Part shown: in pieces, positions 52,701 to 64,000 of the stretch
Numbering within the stretch: the stretch's first letter is position 1
Layout: each line of letters begins with the position of its first letter
Assembly (NCBI RefSeq): GCF_006345805.1
Contig: NC_043021.1
Location: 23,932,001 to 23,996,000, forward strand
Direction of reading: 5' to 3'
DNA from: Octopus sinensis
Taxonomy: Eukaryota
DNA length: 64,000 nucleotides
Notes under the pieces: generated by a model
The model's database searches: none
What the model was told of the DNA's origin: nothing
The model's input: only the letters and a program-made list of their open reading frames with translations
Program-made: the position numbers and the translations under genes

Positions 52701-54098
52701 ATTCTGAAAGATGTCTTGAAAGATGGGTGACCATAGACGGGCTCACTCACTAGCTGCAAGATTTTGCTCTTTAACCCCAAGTCATTCTTCCTCAAAGCGT
52801 TCCAGCCATGATCGTCTCTATAAGTCAATTTAATCAAACATATACATTGCCTTTCTTATGGGTAAATTAAACATCAAACACTTGTTGCAGTTTCCTTTAT
52901 TTAATTATTACTTATTAGTATTCAGGGAAAAGCAAACGAAAATAGTAAATAATGTTTTACATTAAAGAAAAAAACAAAAATCCGCATTAAATTAAATAAA
53001 AAATTCTGGTTGAAAAAGAATGACAAAAACACCTGCATGGAAGGTGTCAAGGGAAGTAACTCTAATTGTGCTATAACTTTGGGAATGAGAGTTATTTCCC
53101 TTGAGAACGTTTTTTTCCTATTTTTACTTGAACAAAATTTATTTTTTCTTTTCTTGTTTCAAATGTTTTAAAGCAAAATTTTTTCACATAAACGAAGTTA
53201 CAGACGTTTAAAATAGTATTTTTCTAACATTGCACCCTTTTTAAGGAAATTAATTGAAAGGTAGAACCATAAACTAAGCGATTTCGCCCACTTTCCATCG
53301 TTTAATGAAGTAACAAAAAGCTAAGAATGTATGTATGTGTGTATGTATGTATGTAGGTAGGTATATATTAGTGAGTGAGATGTCAAATGAATAAAATTCA
53401 TTGACTGAGAGGTGTTCCTCCTATAAGATGCGGTGAACACATTGCTGGTACTTCATATTCAAGGCTCAGATGAAGCTATAATGATTACCCAGCTACTCGA
53501 CTATGAGTCAAGTTCATGGCACAGCGGAAACAGCTGTGAGCCAATGGAGATCATATCATACTCTTTTATTTCTTTCTCATCTCACTTTCTCATTATCGCT
53601 CTGTATTCGACAACGATTCGCTCTGAGGGCATATAAATATTGAGTTCTACACCAGATGCGTGCGTGCGTGTGCGTATGTGTGTGTGTGTGTATGTGTGTG
53701 TGTGTGGTGTGTGTATGTGTTTGTGTGTGTGTGTGTGTGGGTATGTGTGTGTGTGCGTGTGTGTGTGCGTGTGTGTGTGCGTGTGTGTGTGCGTGTGTGT
53801 GTGTGTATGTGTGTGTGTGTGCGTGCGTGCGTGTGTGTGTGTGTGTGTCAGTGTATGTGTCTGTGTCTGTGTGTGTGTGAAAGGACGGTGAGCTGACAGA
53901 ATCATTAAGACGTCGCGTAAAATGTTTCGCTGCATTTCGCCCGTCTTTATGTTCTGAGTTCATATTCCTCCGAGTTCGACTTTGCTTTTCATCCTTTCGG
54001 GGCCGATGAAATAAGTACCAGTTGAGAACTGGTCGATGTAATCGACTTAGCTCCTCATCTAAATTTTCTGGCTATGCGCCAATTTTTGAAACCATATA

Positions 54099-55228
54099 CA
54101 GTATCTCACAGACATATGTACAACCATAAAAATTTCAGTAAAATTGCCATTACTCTGATAATATCGACGGAAATCAAACGAAATTTATACTGAATAAAAT
54201 ATATTACTCATGCAACCATTATACAAACTTGGAACACAAAACAACGTTGCGTGATGGACGACAGGCATCGTACCGCTTCATCTTTGGCCCAAGAAGTGTC
54301 TTCTGTTAGTAGAAAGAGTGTATCCGCCCAGACAGTTCACCGAAGTTTGAACCAGTGTAGTCTTCCTGGATGCATTCCACGTACGGAGCTTCTCACTACC
54401 AGGCTTTCTTTTGCCGAAATGTGAGTAATAGGAAGGAGTTTTGGAATTAAATTGTTTATTCTGACGAGACTAAATCAACTTTTTTCGGTCAGATGGTATT
54501 AAACGAGTATGGTGACGATCAGGTGAAAATAATAGCGGCAAATGCACTGTGTCTACCACGCAAGTAGAAGTGTTATGCTTTGGGGAAGCATGAGTGTGGT
54601 TTGGGAGGGCTCACATTTATTGAGAGAACAAATGATTCAAGGCTTTATTGTGACATATTGCAGAAAACAATGTTGAAAAGCATCAAGGAACTCGGAGGAC
54701 ATTCCATGTTCCAGCATGATAATGACCCTAGACACACTTCAAAGATGACTGTTGAGTTTTTATCAGATAAAAATGTAAAGGTATTGCCTTGGCCTACCAT
54801 GTCACCTGATTTAAACCCAGTAGAACATCTGTGAGGTGTTTTGAAAAGGAATGTGTAGGAGAAAAATCTCTGCAATATACCACAGTTGAAAGATATCATT
54901 CTGGATGGATGGAGGTCGATTTCATCGGTTATATGCGGACATTTGGTCGAATTTTTGCCCAGAGGATTGAATGAAGTCATTGAAAGCACGAAATATTGAA
55001 TATAGCAAATAATCCTTTAGGGTGTACATAGTTTTCTAACGTTTGAAACTTAATATTTCGTTCATATCTTTGAAAATGCTTATTCTTTTGTGTTCCAAGT
55101 TTGTATAATGATTGCATATATGAGGTATTTTATTTAGTATAAATTCCCTTTGATTTACTTCGATATTATCAAAGTAATGGCAATTTTACTGGATTTTTTT
55201 ATGGCTGTACATACTTATGTGAGACATA
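54099..55228 (+). mobile_element. Defective Tc1 element
   Basis: TA|CAGT TIRs; FQHDNDPRHTS, WPTMSPDLNPVEHL. Confidence 0.85.
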
Positions 55229-55238
55229 CATATATATA

Positions 55239-55239
<1 letters not shown>

Positions 55240-55274
<35 letters not shown>

Positions 55275-55728
55275 TGTATGTATGTATGTATGTATGTATG
55301 CATGCATGCATGTATGTATGCATGTATGTATGTTGTATGTATGTATGTATTATGTATGTATGTATGTATGTATGTATGTATGTATCTACCATGAATGTAT
55401 GTATGTATGTATGTATGTATGATGTTGTATGTCGTATGTATGTATGTATATATGTATGTATGTATTATGTATGATGTATGTATGTTGTATGTATGTATTC
55501 TGTATGTATGTATGTATGTATGTATATGATGTATGTATGTATGTATGTATGTATGTATGTATGTATGTATGTATGTATGTATCTACAATGAATGTATGTT
55601 GTATGTATGTATGTTGTATGTATGTATGTATGTATGATGTATGTATATGTATGTATATATGTATGTATTATGTATGTATGTGTATGTATGTATGTATGTA
55701 TCTACATGAATGTATGTATGTATGTATG

Positions 55729-55762
<34 letters not shown>

Positions 55763-55842
55763 TGTATGGATGTATTTATGTATGTATGATGTATGCATCT
55801 ATGCATGTATGTATGTATGTTTATATATATATGTATATATAT

Positions 55843-55850
<8 letters not shown>
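55240..55850. repeat. Degenerate (TATG)n tract
   Basis: Direct reading; source of the MYVC/YIHT ORFs. Confidence 0.95.
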
Positions 55851-55871
<21 letters not shown>

Positions 55872-55875
<4 letters not shown>

Positions 55876-56215
55876 CTAATACCGAGTTGTTAGGGCATTC
55901 GATTCCTAGACCGGACCTTGTGAGTGTTTATTGGGCGAAAACACCAAAAGCTCCACGAGGTTCCGGCAGAGGATGGTGGCGAACCCTGCTGTACTCTTTC
56001 ACCACAACTTTCTCTCATACTTTCTTCCTGTTTCTGTTGTACCTGTATTTCAAAAGGTCAGCCTTGTCAAACACTGTGTCACGCTGAATCTCCCCGAGAA
56101 CTACATATGTCCGTGGCGTGCTCAACCACTTGCACGTTAATTTCACGAGCAGGCTGTTCCTTTGAGCGGATCAACTGGAACCCTCGTCGTCGCAACCGAC
56201 GGAGTGCCACGATAT
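55872..56215 (+). mobile_element. SINE copy (related copies at ~20190-20360 -, 40180-40470 -, 59115-59410 -, 60340-60650 +)
   Basis: Shared head and body with the 16785/25469 family and its variants. Confidence 0.75.
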
Positions 56216-57367
56216 ATGTGAGTGCGTGTGTGCGTGCCCGTGTGTGTTGTGGTGTGTGTGTGTGTGTTTGCGCGCGCGTGCGTGTTTGTGCACCACCACC
56301 ACCATCGCTTGTCAACTGGTATTGGATTATTTTGCATCCCTATAACTTAGCGGTTCGGCAAAAGAGACCGATAGAATAAGTACTAAGCTTTACAAAAAAA
56401 ATGAATATTGGAGTGATTTGTTCGACTGAATCCATCAAGGCGATGCCCCAGTGTGGCCGCAGTCCAGTGACTGAAACTAATAAAAGATAAAAGATCAAAT
56501 ATGTCGACGAAGTCATAGGCCTACACAAAGATGCTTGGATGCCATTCTTGTCTCGATGTCGATCTTGAATTAAACAACGACAGACGATACATAGACAATG
56601 AGAGCAATAGAAACTGCAGCAACAATAGTTTGTCAGAAAGGATTTAAAATTTATTAATGTTTCTTGTCAAAATTTGAATTTGGTTTTTCTGTTTTTGTGT
56701 TCCACGATTATTACGGAAAACAATAGTCTGCGTTGCCAAAATGTATCAGCTAAGGTACACTTCAGAAGGAGCTCTTTTGTCTAAAATACCTCGCAGTTGA
56801 ACTTGGACTGTAATAACTGTTAAAACGAGACAAAAAATTGTTGATTATTGTATGAAAACAGAAAACGTTTACCTATTTATGAAACACAAACATTCGTGGA
56901 AATGTGAACAGAGAGAGAGAGAGGGAGAGAGAGAGAGAGAGAATGAATGAAGAGAGAGAGGAGAATGCGATAGGGAGTGGAAGGAGAGTGGTGGGTCAGG
57001 GTAGGGATAGGGAGAGATGGAGAGGGGGCAGCAAGAAAGAGTAGAAACAACAAAATAACCATGGCTACAACGGAACCAAATCCTATGACCCAGGAAAATT
57101 TCAACCTCACTCTCTTTCTCTTTCTTTTTCACCCCATCTCTCCATCCTTTTTCAAAGACAAACGGTCGTGGACACTTGCCAAAAACACACCTTTACTGCA
57201 TTAGGCCTCTCAGATGTAGACACATCACTTTCTGAAGATGAGGATTGACCAAGTAAATAAAACCTCGAAAACAAAAGCGAGACAAGCAAAAATGACAATT
57301 TTTTTTAAAGCTATTCTCACTCCCCTTCTCTCCCGCTGTCTATCTGTCAGTCTGTCAGTCTATCTGT

Positions 57368-57403
<36 letters not shown>

Positions 57404-57566
57404 GATCCACTCATTTCTCCAGTTTTCTTCTGGTATTCTTTTAGTCTTTTAATTGTTTCAGTCAAATATATATAATGGGTCTACAAATACAATATTCTTG
57501 CATATCTCATATCTATTTTCGTTCCTCCACTTCACTCTCTATTTCGTATCTTATCTAAATTAGCTA

Positions 57567-58834
57567 CGAGGGGCGTTCAATAAGTAATGCCCCTGACCCA
57601 CTTGCAGTTGTTTGATCTAGCTGAAATTTTGTATGTGCACTTATTTATATCTCTATAGAGTAAAGGCGAATTACAGCTCTGAACTAATTGTGGTTTCTGA
57701 TTTACAGGTGTTTGAACTGAGTCAAGTGTGAAATGGAGCCTGTTGAGTGTCGAGCAGTGATCTGGTTTTTGTATTTGAAAGGACGCACACCACGGGAGAC
57801 TTTTGATGAAATGAAAGTAACTTATGGTTATGATGCCCCATCATATGACCTTGTAAAACGCTGGCATTGTGAATTCAAACATAGTCGGAACTCTGTGGAA
57901 ACAGCTCCCAGATCTGGTCGCCCCCTTCTGCCGTTGATGAGACGTCTGTCCGTCAAGTTGAGGCTGCCATTTTAGAAGGTCAACGCATAACTATTCGCCA
58001 AATAGCCCATAAGGTCAAGATTAGTACCGGGTCTGTGGAAACTATCATTCATGACCATTTGCATATGCAAAAGGTGTCTGCCAGATGGATTTCCAGGTTG
58101 CTCACACCTTTCCAGAAGCAAGAACGCGTTGAGTGCTCGAGGATGAATTTGGAGATGTGCCAAGAAGATGAGTCAAAATTTTTCAAAAGACTGATCGCAC
58201 AGGATAAAACCTGGGTCCATCACTATGATCCATAGACCAAAACCCAGTCAATGCAGTGAAAGCACCGTGACTCACCTCCTCCAAAGAAGGCAAGGGTGCA
58301 GCCCTCCGCTGACAAGGTTATGCTCACAGTCTTCTGGGACCAGGACGGAGTAGTGATGACAGATTTCCTGGCAAAGGGTACCACAATTACAGGAGCCTAT
58401 TATGCTTCACTTTTGAGGAAATTAAGAGAAGCTATCAAAATCAAGAGGCGGAGCAAGATCAGCAAAGGCATCCTCCTCCTGCAGAACAACACTCCAGTCC
58501 ACAACTCGCGTGTCGCCAGATCAGAAGCACAGGCGTGCAGCTATGAATTCTCCCCTTGCACCCTCTGATTTTCACCTCTTCCCAGCCATGAAGTTGATTT
58601 TGAAAGGAAAGCGTTTCCCAGATGATGCAGCCTTGATTTCTGAAGTCACGTCGTGGTTGGAGGACCAAGCTGGGGTCTTCTACAAAAACGGTCTCCAGAA
58701 CTGTATCAAACGATGGGAGAAATGCATAACTCTGGGTAGTTCCTATGTAGAAAAAGACTAATAACTGTGCCAAGTGTCGTTGCTCTACTGCTATGGGAAG
58801 TGGGTCAGGGGCATCACTTATTGAACGCCCCTCG
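57567..58834 (+). mobile_element. Mariner element, defective (same family as 31269 and 34911)
   Basis: TIRs with TA TSD; stops and frameshifts. Confidence 0.93.
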
Positions 58835-59035
58835 TATTGCTTAACCATTTTCTCACACCGTCTCCGATTTAGCTGAAGAAATCGACCCCTGCATATGTAT
58901 ATCCTGGAAGCCTAGTGCTTATTTTATCGGTCTCTTCAGCCGAACAGCTAAGTTATGGGAACGCAAACACACCAACATATTTTGTCAAGCGATGGGGAGG
59001 GACACATCCAGACACAAACACTTATACATAAATAT

Positions 59036-59082
<47 letters not shown>

Positions 59083-59451
59083 CATATATATACATATATA
59101 TATATATCACGTGATCACGTGACCGACCAGATCATCGGATGTTGCTACACATCGCTGATCACAATGCGTTCGCATTGTTTTAGCCTTCGAACGACTCCAC
59201 CCCGCTGGCTAAGCGAGCAGACCAACAGAAGAGAGTGGGAGAAAGAGTGGTGAAAGAGTACAGCAGGGATCACCACCACCCCCTGCCGGAGCCTCGTGGA
59301 GCTTTTAGGCGTTTTCGCTCAATAAACACACACAACACCCGGTCTTGGAATCGAAACCGTGATCCTCCGACCGCGAGTCCGCTGCCCTAACCTCTGGGCC
59401 ATTGCGCCTCCACCTACCTAACTGGTAGCACTTGCATGTGCAAGTTGTTTG

Positions 59452-59491
<40 letters not shown>

Positions 59492-59502
59492 TATATATAT
59501 AT

Positions 59503-59534
<32 letters not shown>

Positions 59535-59535
59535 T

Positions 59536-59585
<50 letters not shown>

Positions 59586-61574
59586 CGGGCTTCTTTCATG
59601 TGTGTGTTTGTATATATATACATATAAAAAAAGTTTCAGAATGAGATAAAAAAAAATAAGACTATGATGATTTTAGAATATTTATATCCCTTCATCGGAG
59701 ACGGTGTGAGAAAATGGTTAAGCAGTAGTTAGTTAATTTAGATAAGATACGAAATAGAGAGTGAAGTGGAGGAACGAAAATAGATATGAGATATGCAAGG
59801 ATATTGTAATTGTAGACCCATTATATATACATACGACAGGCTTCTTTCATTTTCCATCTACCAAATCCACTCACAAGGCTTTGGTCGGCCCAAGGCTATA
59901 GTAGAAGACACTCTTTAAAATATAAAGAGTTGAATTTCGTGTAGCCACCTGTTGGCATCTTTTCTCTCCCTCCCCCGTTTTGTAGGGGCTTTACCCATTT
60001 TTCTGGGTTCTTTTCACTGCTATCCCCCTTCGAAATTTCTATCAGTTTTTGTATGAAAAAAAACATGAAGGGAGGTGGGGCTTCTTTGTGGTTTTTAGAG
60101 AAAACGTGAAACATGCCAGAAAAAAAAACATGGTCTTTCCTGCTAGAAAGAAAACGTAAAAACCTGAAAGGCTTTCCCTCTCTTCATTACTAAACGTCTT
60201 TCCCTCTTCTTCATTGTTAAAAGTAAAGAAGCCTCAAAAATCGATCGTATTTCAGTCTAATTGCCATTTTAAATGACTGATGCTTTATTTTCTCTGTCTC
60301 TATCGCTTCACTTCTTTTCTCTACGGTTAAGAGAGTGAAGGTGCGTGGCTCAGTAGTTAGGGGTATTCAGCCCACGATCATAAAGTCATGAGTACGATTC
60401 TCGGCGGTGCACTGTGTGTTCTTGAGCAAAGTACTCTACTTCACCTTGTTGCAGTCCACTCAGCTGGCAAAAATGAGGGGGGTGTCAGCCTTGTCCCATT
60501 CTGTGTAAGACTGAACCTCCTTGAGAACTACATTATGGTATGCATGTCTGTGGAGTACTCAGCCACTTGTGAGTTAATTTTACGAGCAGACCGTTCCATT
60601 TGTCAGATAAACAGGAGCCTCGTCGTCATAACCGACCGAGTGCCAATCTTTAAAAAGAGTGAAAGAAAAGGAAATGTTCCGTAACGTAAGGCAAAAATGT
60701 CACGTGTTTAGTGTAAGCAGTGAAAGCTAAGACGGAATAATTGCTATTCCGTCGCCGTAGTGACTTCGCACTCGATTCACGCTCAGTTTGATAACAACAG
60801 CCTGCGCATGGGTGTTTATCTGGGGGCTTGGCCTCCGGATCTATGAGACCCACAAATGCCGATATTAGAACCGGATTAACACCCATAGTGATCCTAACGA
60901 TTGAAAATATTTTCCTGTGCCTATATAGGATCTTTTTTCGTTTTCTTCCAACCACTTGAATGTTCATCTTGCTGAAGTCCACTCAGATGGCCAAAATGAG
61001 TTGTCTGTGTGAAGCTGAATCTTCCTGTTTGTGGAGTAGTCAACCACTTGCGAGTTAATTATATCGTCGTGTGGTAATGAAAAGTGAAAGTGATATCCAA
61101 TATTTGCTGTAGTTATTTGTCTTTGATTTAACAATGTGTCTATGTATCTATGTATCAACTTTTCTTTCGATCTATGTATCTACTTTTCTTGTGGTGTATG
61201 TATTAGTCTACGCTCAAAATACTGATAAACATCCAAAAACACAAAACGGACGCCGTGACCACTCAGTGTCTCTCTCAATCTATCTCTCTTGCTTTCTCTC
61301 TCACTTCCTCTCTGTCCTCCTCTCTACTACTTTGTCACTAACTTTACCTTTAAAGTAAGTGTGACGGGAGGTACGTACAAAAACAAAATGTTAGCGTATC
61401 AATATTATTGCTTATAATCATCACCTTCCCTTCGTTTTCCATAGCCGTACTTAATAGCATTGTATTTTTCTATTTTTTCGCCTTCCTTCTTGATTATTAT
61501 TGGGTCGAAGGGGCATGTAATGTCGTCGTCATCATCATCATCATCATCATCATTTCACCACCACCACCACCACC

Positions 61575-61668
<94 letters not shown>

Positions 61669-62593
61669 TATTATTATTATTATCATTATTATTATCATTA
61701 TTATTATTAGTAGTAGTAGTAGTAGTGTAGTAGTAGTAGTAGTAGTGTAGTAGTAGTAGTAGTATTGAATGAGAGAGAGTACATGCCTTCAAAGTGACAC
61801 TGGGGTACAAATATACGAACCCCATATACACCCATCATGACTACCCGTCTGATAAGGGTACACCAGGCACATGCATCACAACCATATGTGCGCGACATGG
61901 TGATCTCATATCAAGATAAACAGCACATGTCCTTGCAGGTGGGGCCCAGTTAGAATTTTCTTCAGGTTGAGTAGCCCATCCTGCTCAAAAGGTCCCTGAA
62001 TAAGGGTTGTTTAAGGATGTTGAAAGAACAACCCATGTTTCCAGAGGTAAATTATTCAAACCCCAAAGAATCCCTCTCAACACATGGCTATGATGCTCTC
62101 CCACTACTTCTGCTCGTGATCAGAGATGCACATATCGTCAGCCACTAAGGGACATGCTCAACTGGTTAAGGCGGGGGACCAGTCAGAATTTTCGAGTAGC
62201 CCATCCCACTCAAAAGGTCCTTGAATAAAGGTTGTTTAAGGATGTTGAACGAAACACCCATGTTTCCACAGGTTAATTATCCAAACCCAAAGAATTCCTC
62301 TCAACACATGGCCACGATGCACCCCCGCTACTTCTGCTTGTGATCAGAGATGCACATATCGTCATCCACCAATGGATATGCTCAACTTGTTAAGGTCAAA
62401 CAACTGACAGGCAAATCTTTGGTATTGAGCAGAATATTTGCTGTAGCCCATCTATTATACCAAGACAAAATATGTAAATGATAACACTTACCACCAGTTA
62501 AGATCAAAAGCCATGAGAACCAGTATCTGATTATTATTATTATTGTTGTTGTTATTGTTGTTGTTGTTTTTGTTGTTGTTGTTGTTGTTATTA

Positions 62594-62632
<39 letters not shown>

Positions 62633-63029
62633 TATTATTATTATTATTATTGATACGTTCTGAATTCAAATTCCACGGAGGTCCACTTTGTCTTTCATCC
62701 TTTCGGGGTTGATTAAAGAAGTCCACTTATGCACTGGTGTCGATTTAATCGACTTAATCCTTTCCCACAAAATTTCAGGCTTTGAGTCTACAGTAGAAAG
62801 AATTATCATTATCATCGAGGCAGCGAATCAACAGAATCGTTAGCATGCTGGACGACATGCTCAGTGGTATTTCGCCCGTCACTAGGTTCTGAGTTCAAAT
62901 TCCGCCGAACTCGACTTTATTTTTCATCCTTTCGGGGTCGATAAAATCATTATCAGCTGAAGGCTGGGGTCGCTGTAATCGACTTATCGCCACCCAATGA
63001 ATTCCTCCCCTTTTGGCAAAATTTAAGAC

Positions 63030-63089
<60 letters not shown>

Positions 63090-63145
63090 CATTATTATTG
63101 TTATTATTATTATTATTGTTATTATTATTACTATTGTTATTATTG

Positions 63146-63205
<60 letters not shown>

Positions 63206-63416
63206 TATTATTATTATTCAGTAGTTTTATTTTTATAGCGTGCTTTCACTTCACTACCGAGCGCAGCTCTGTGTGCCTGGGTATGTGCTGTGATTTGTTG
63301 TGATGCTCTGATGGTTATTGTATGGAAAGTGTTCTGCGTAGGATGTGTGCAGTGCCTAGTAGTGCAATTTTCTGTATGTTTATTATTATTATTATATATT
63401 ATTATTATTATTATTA

Positions 63417-63496
<80 letters not shown>

Positions 63497-63515
63497 GTTA
63501 TTATTGTTATTATTA

Positions 63516-63552
<37 letters not shown>

Positions 63553-63566
63553 CATTATTATTATTA

Positions 63567-63607
<41 letters not shown>

Positions 63608-63700
63608 GTTGTTGTTGTTGTTGTTGTTGCTGTTGTTGTTGCTGTTGTTGTTGTTGTTGTTGATGATGATGATGTTGTTGTTGTTGCTATTGTTATTATT
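63030..63700. repeat. (ATT)n/(GTT)n tracts
   Basis: Direct reading. Confidence 0.95.
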
Positions 63701-64000
63701 ATCAAGGCGGCGAGCTGGCCGGATAGTTAAAACGCTGGACGAAATGCATAGCGGTATTTCGCCGGTTGCTACCTTCTGAGTTCAAATTCCGTCGAGGTCG
63801 AGATTGCCTTTCATCTTTTCGGGGTCGATAAATTAAGTACCAGTGAAACACTGGGTCGATCAAATCGAATGCCCCCTCCCACCAAATTTCAGGCCATGTG
63901 CCTAATAGAAAGGATTATTATTATTATTATTGTTGATGTTGTCGTTGTTGTTGTTGTTTTTGTTGACCAAACCCATCAACTGATACATGAACAGACGTTA

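Noticed and set aside
55150-55893. MYVC/YIHT-repeat ORFs and other poly-I/L/Y/S/T/C ORFs in the track
   Set aside because: They are translations of microsatellites.
56877-57110. ORF with hydrophobic N-terminus (MRLKFSWVIGFG...)
   Set aside because: Non-ATG start, runs into a (CT)n tract, and has no homology or in-phase splice partner.
60964-61158. ORF ending WPSEWTSAR
   Set aside because: Derived from the antisense of a decayed SINE body.
50720-64000. Third stanniocalcin-like paralog
   Set aside because: No sequence resembling any of the four exons was found after 50720.

Overview
Repeat-rich animal genomic DNA, most likely an octopus (inferred from the tRNA-derived SINE families, dense (TA)n/(AAT)n/(GATA)n/(TATG)n microsatellites, and mariner, Tc1, Penelope, R4/Dong, Tx1 and RTE remnants). 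Two signals stand out. (1) A tandem pair of + strand, spliced genes encoding secreted proteins with the stanniocalcin 10-cysteine scaffold; the ORF track shows them only as fragments. Gene B has four coding exons (38691-38838, 40681-40829, 46097-46323, 49649-49745; about 206 aa), a signal peptide and a CRE/TATA promoter. Gene A has exons 2-4 (3114-3253, 9134-9360, 18875-18980); its exon 1 was not found in the window. By hand alignment the paralogous exons are only about 60-83% identical, with almost all changes non-synonymous, while most adjacent non-coding flanks are about 90-98% identical. That pattern resembles rapidly diversifying toxin or effector families. (2) At least ten unrelated (TA)n-embedded repeat families each carry a type I hammerhead ribozyme fold, consistent with Penelope pseudo-LTRs or retrozymes. 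Three have a UUGAAAA (U3:A8) core, and one forms a tandem array of about 505-bp units. Several lie on the sense strand of gene A intron 3. All alignments, counts and folds were done by eye; no database searches were run.
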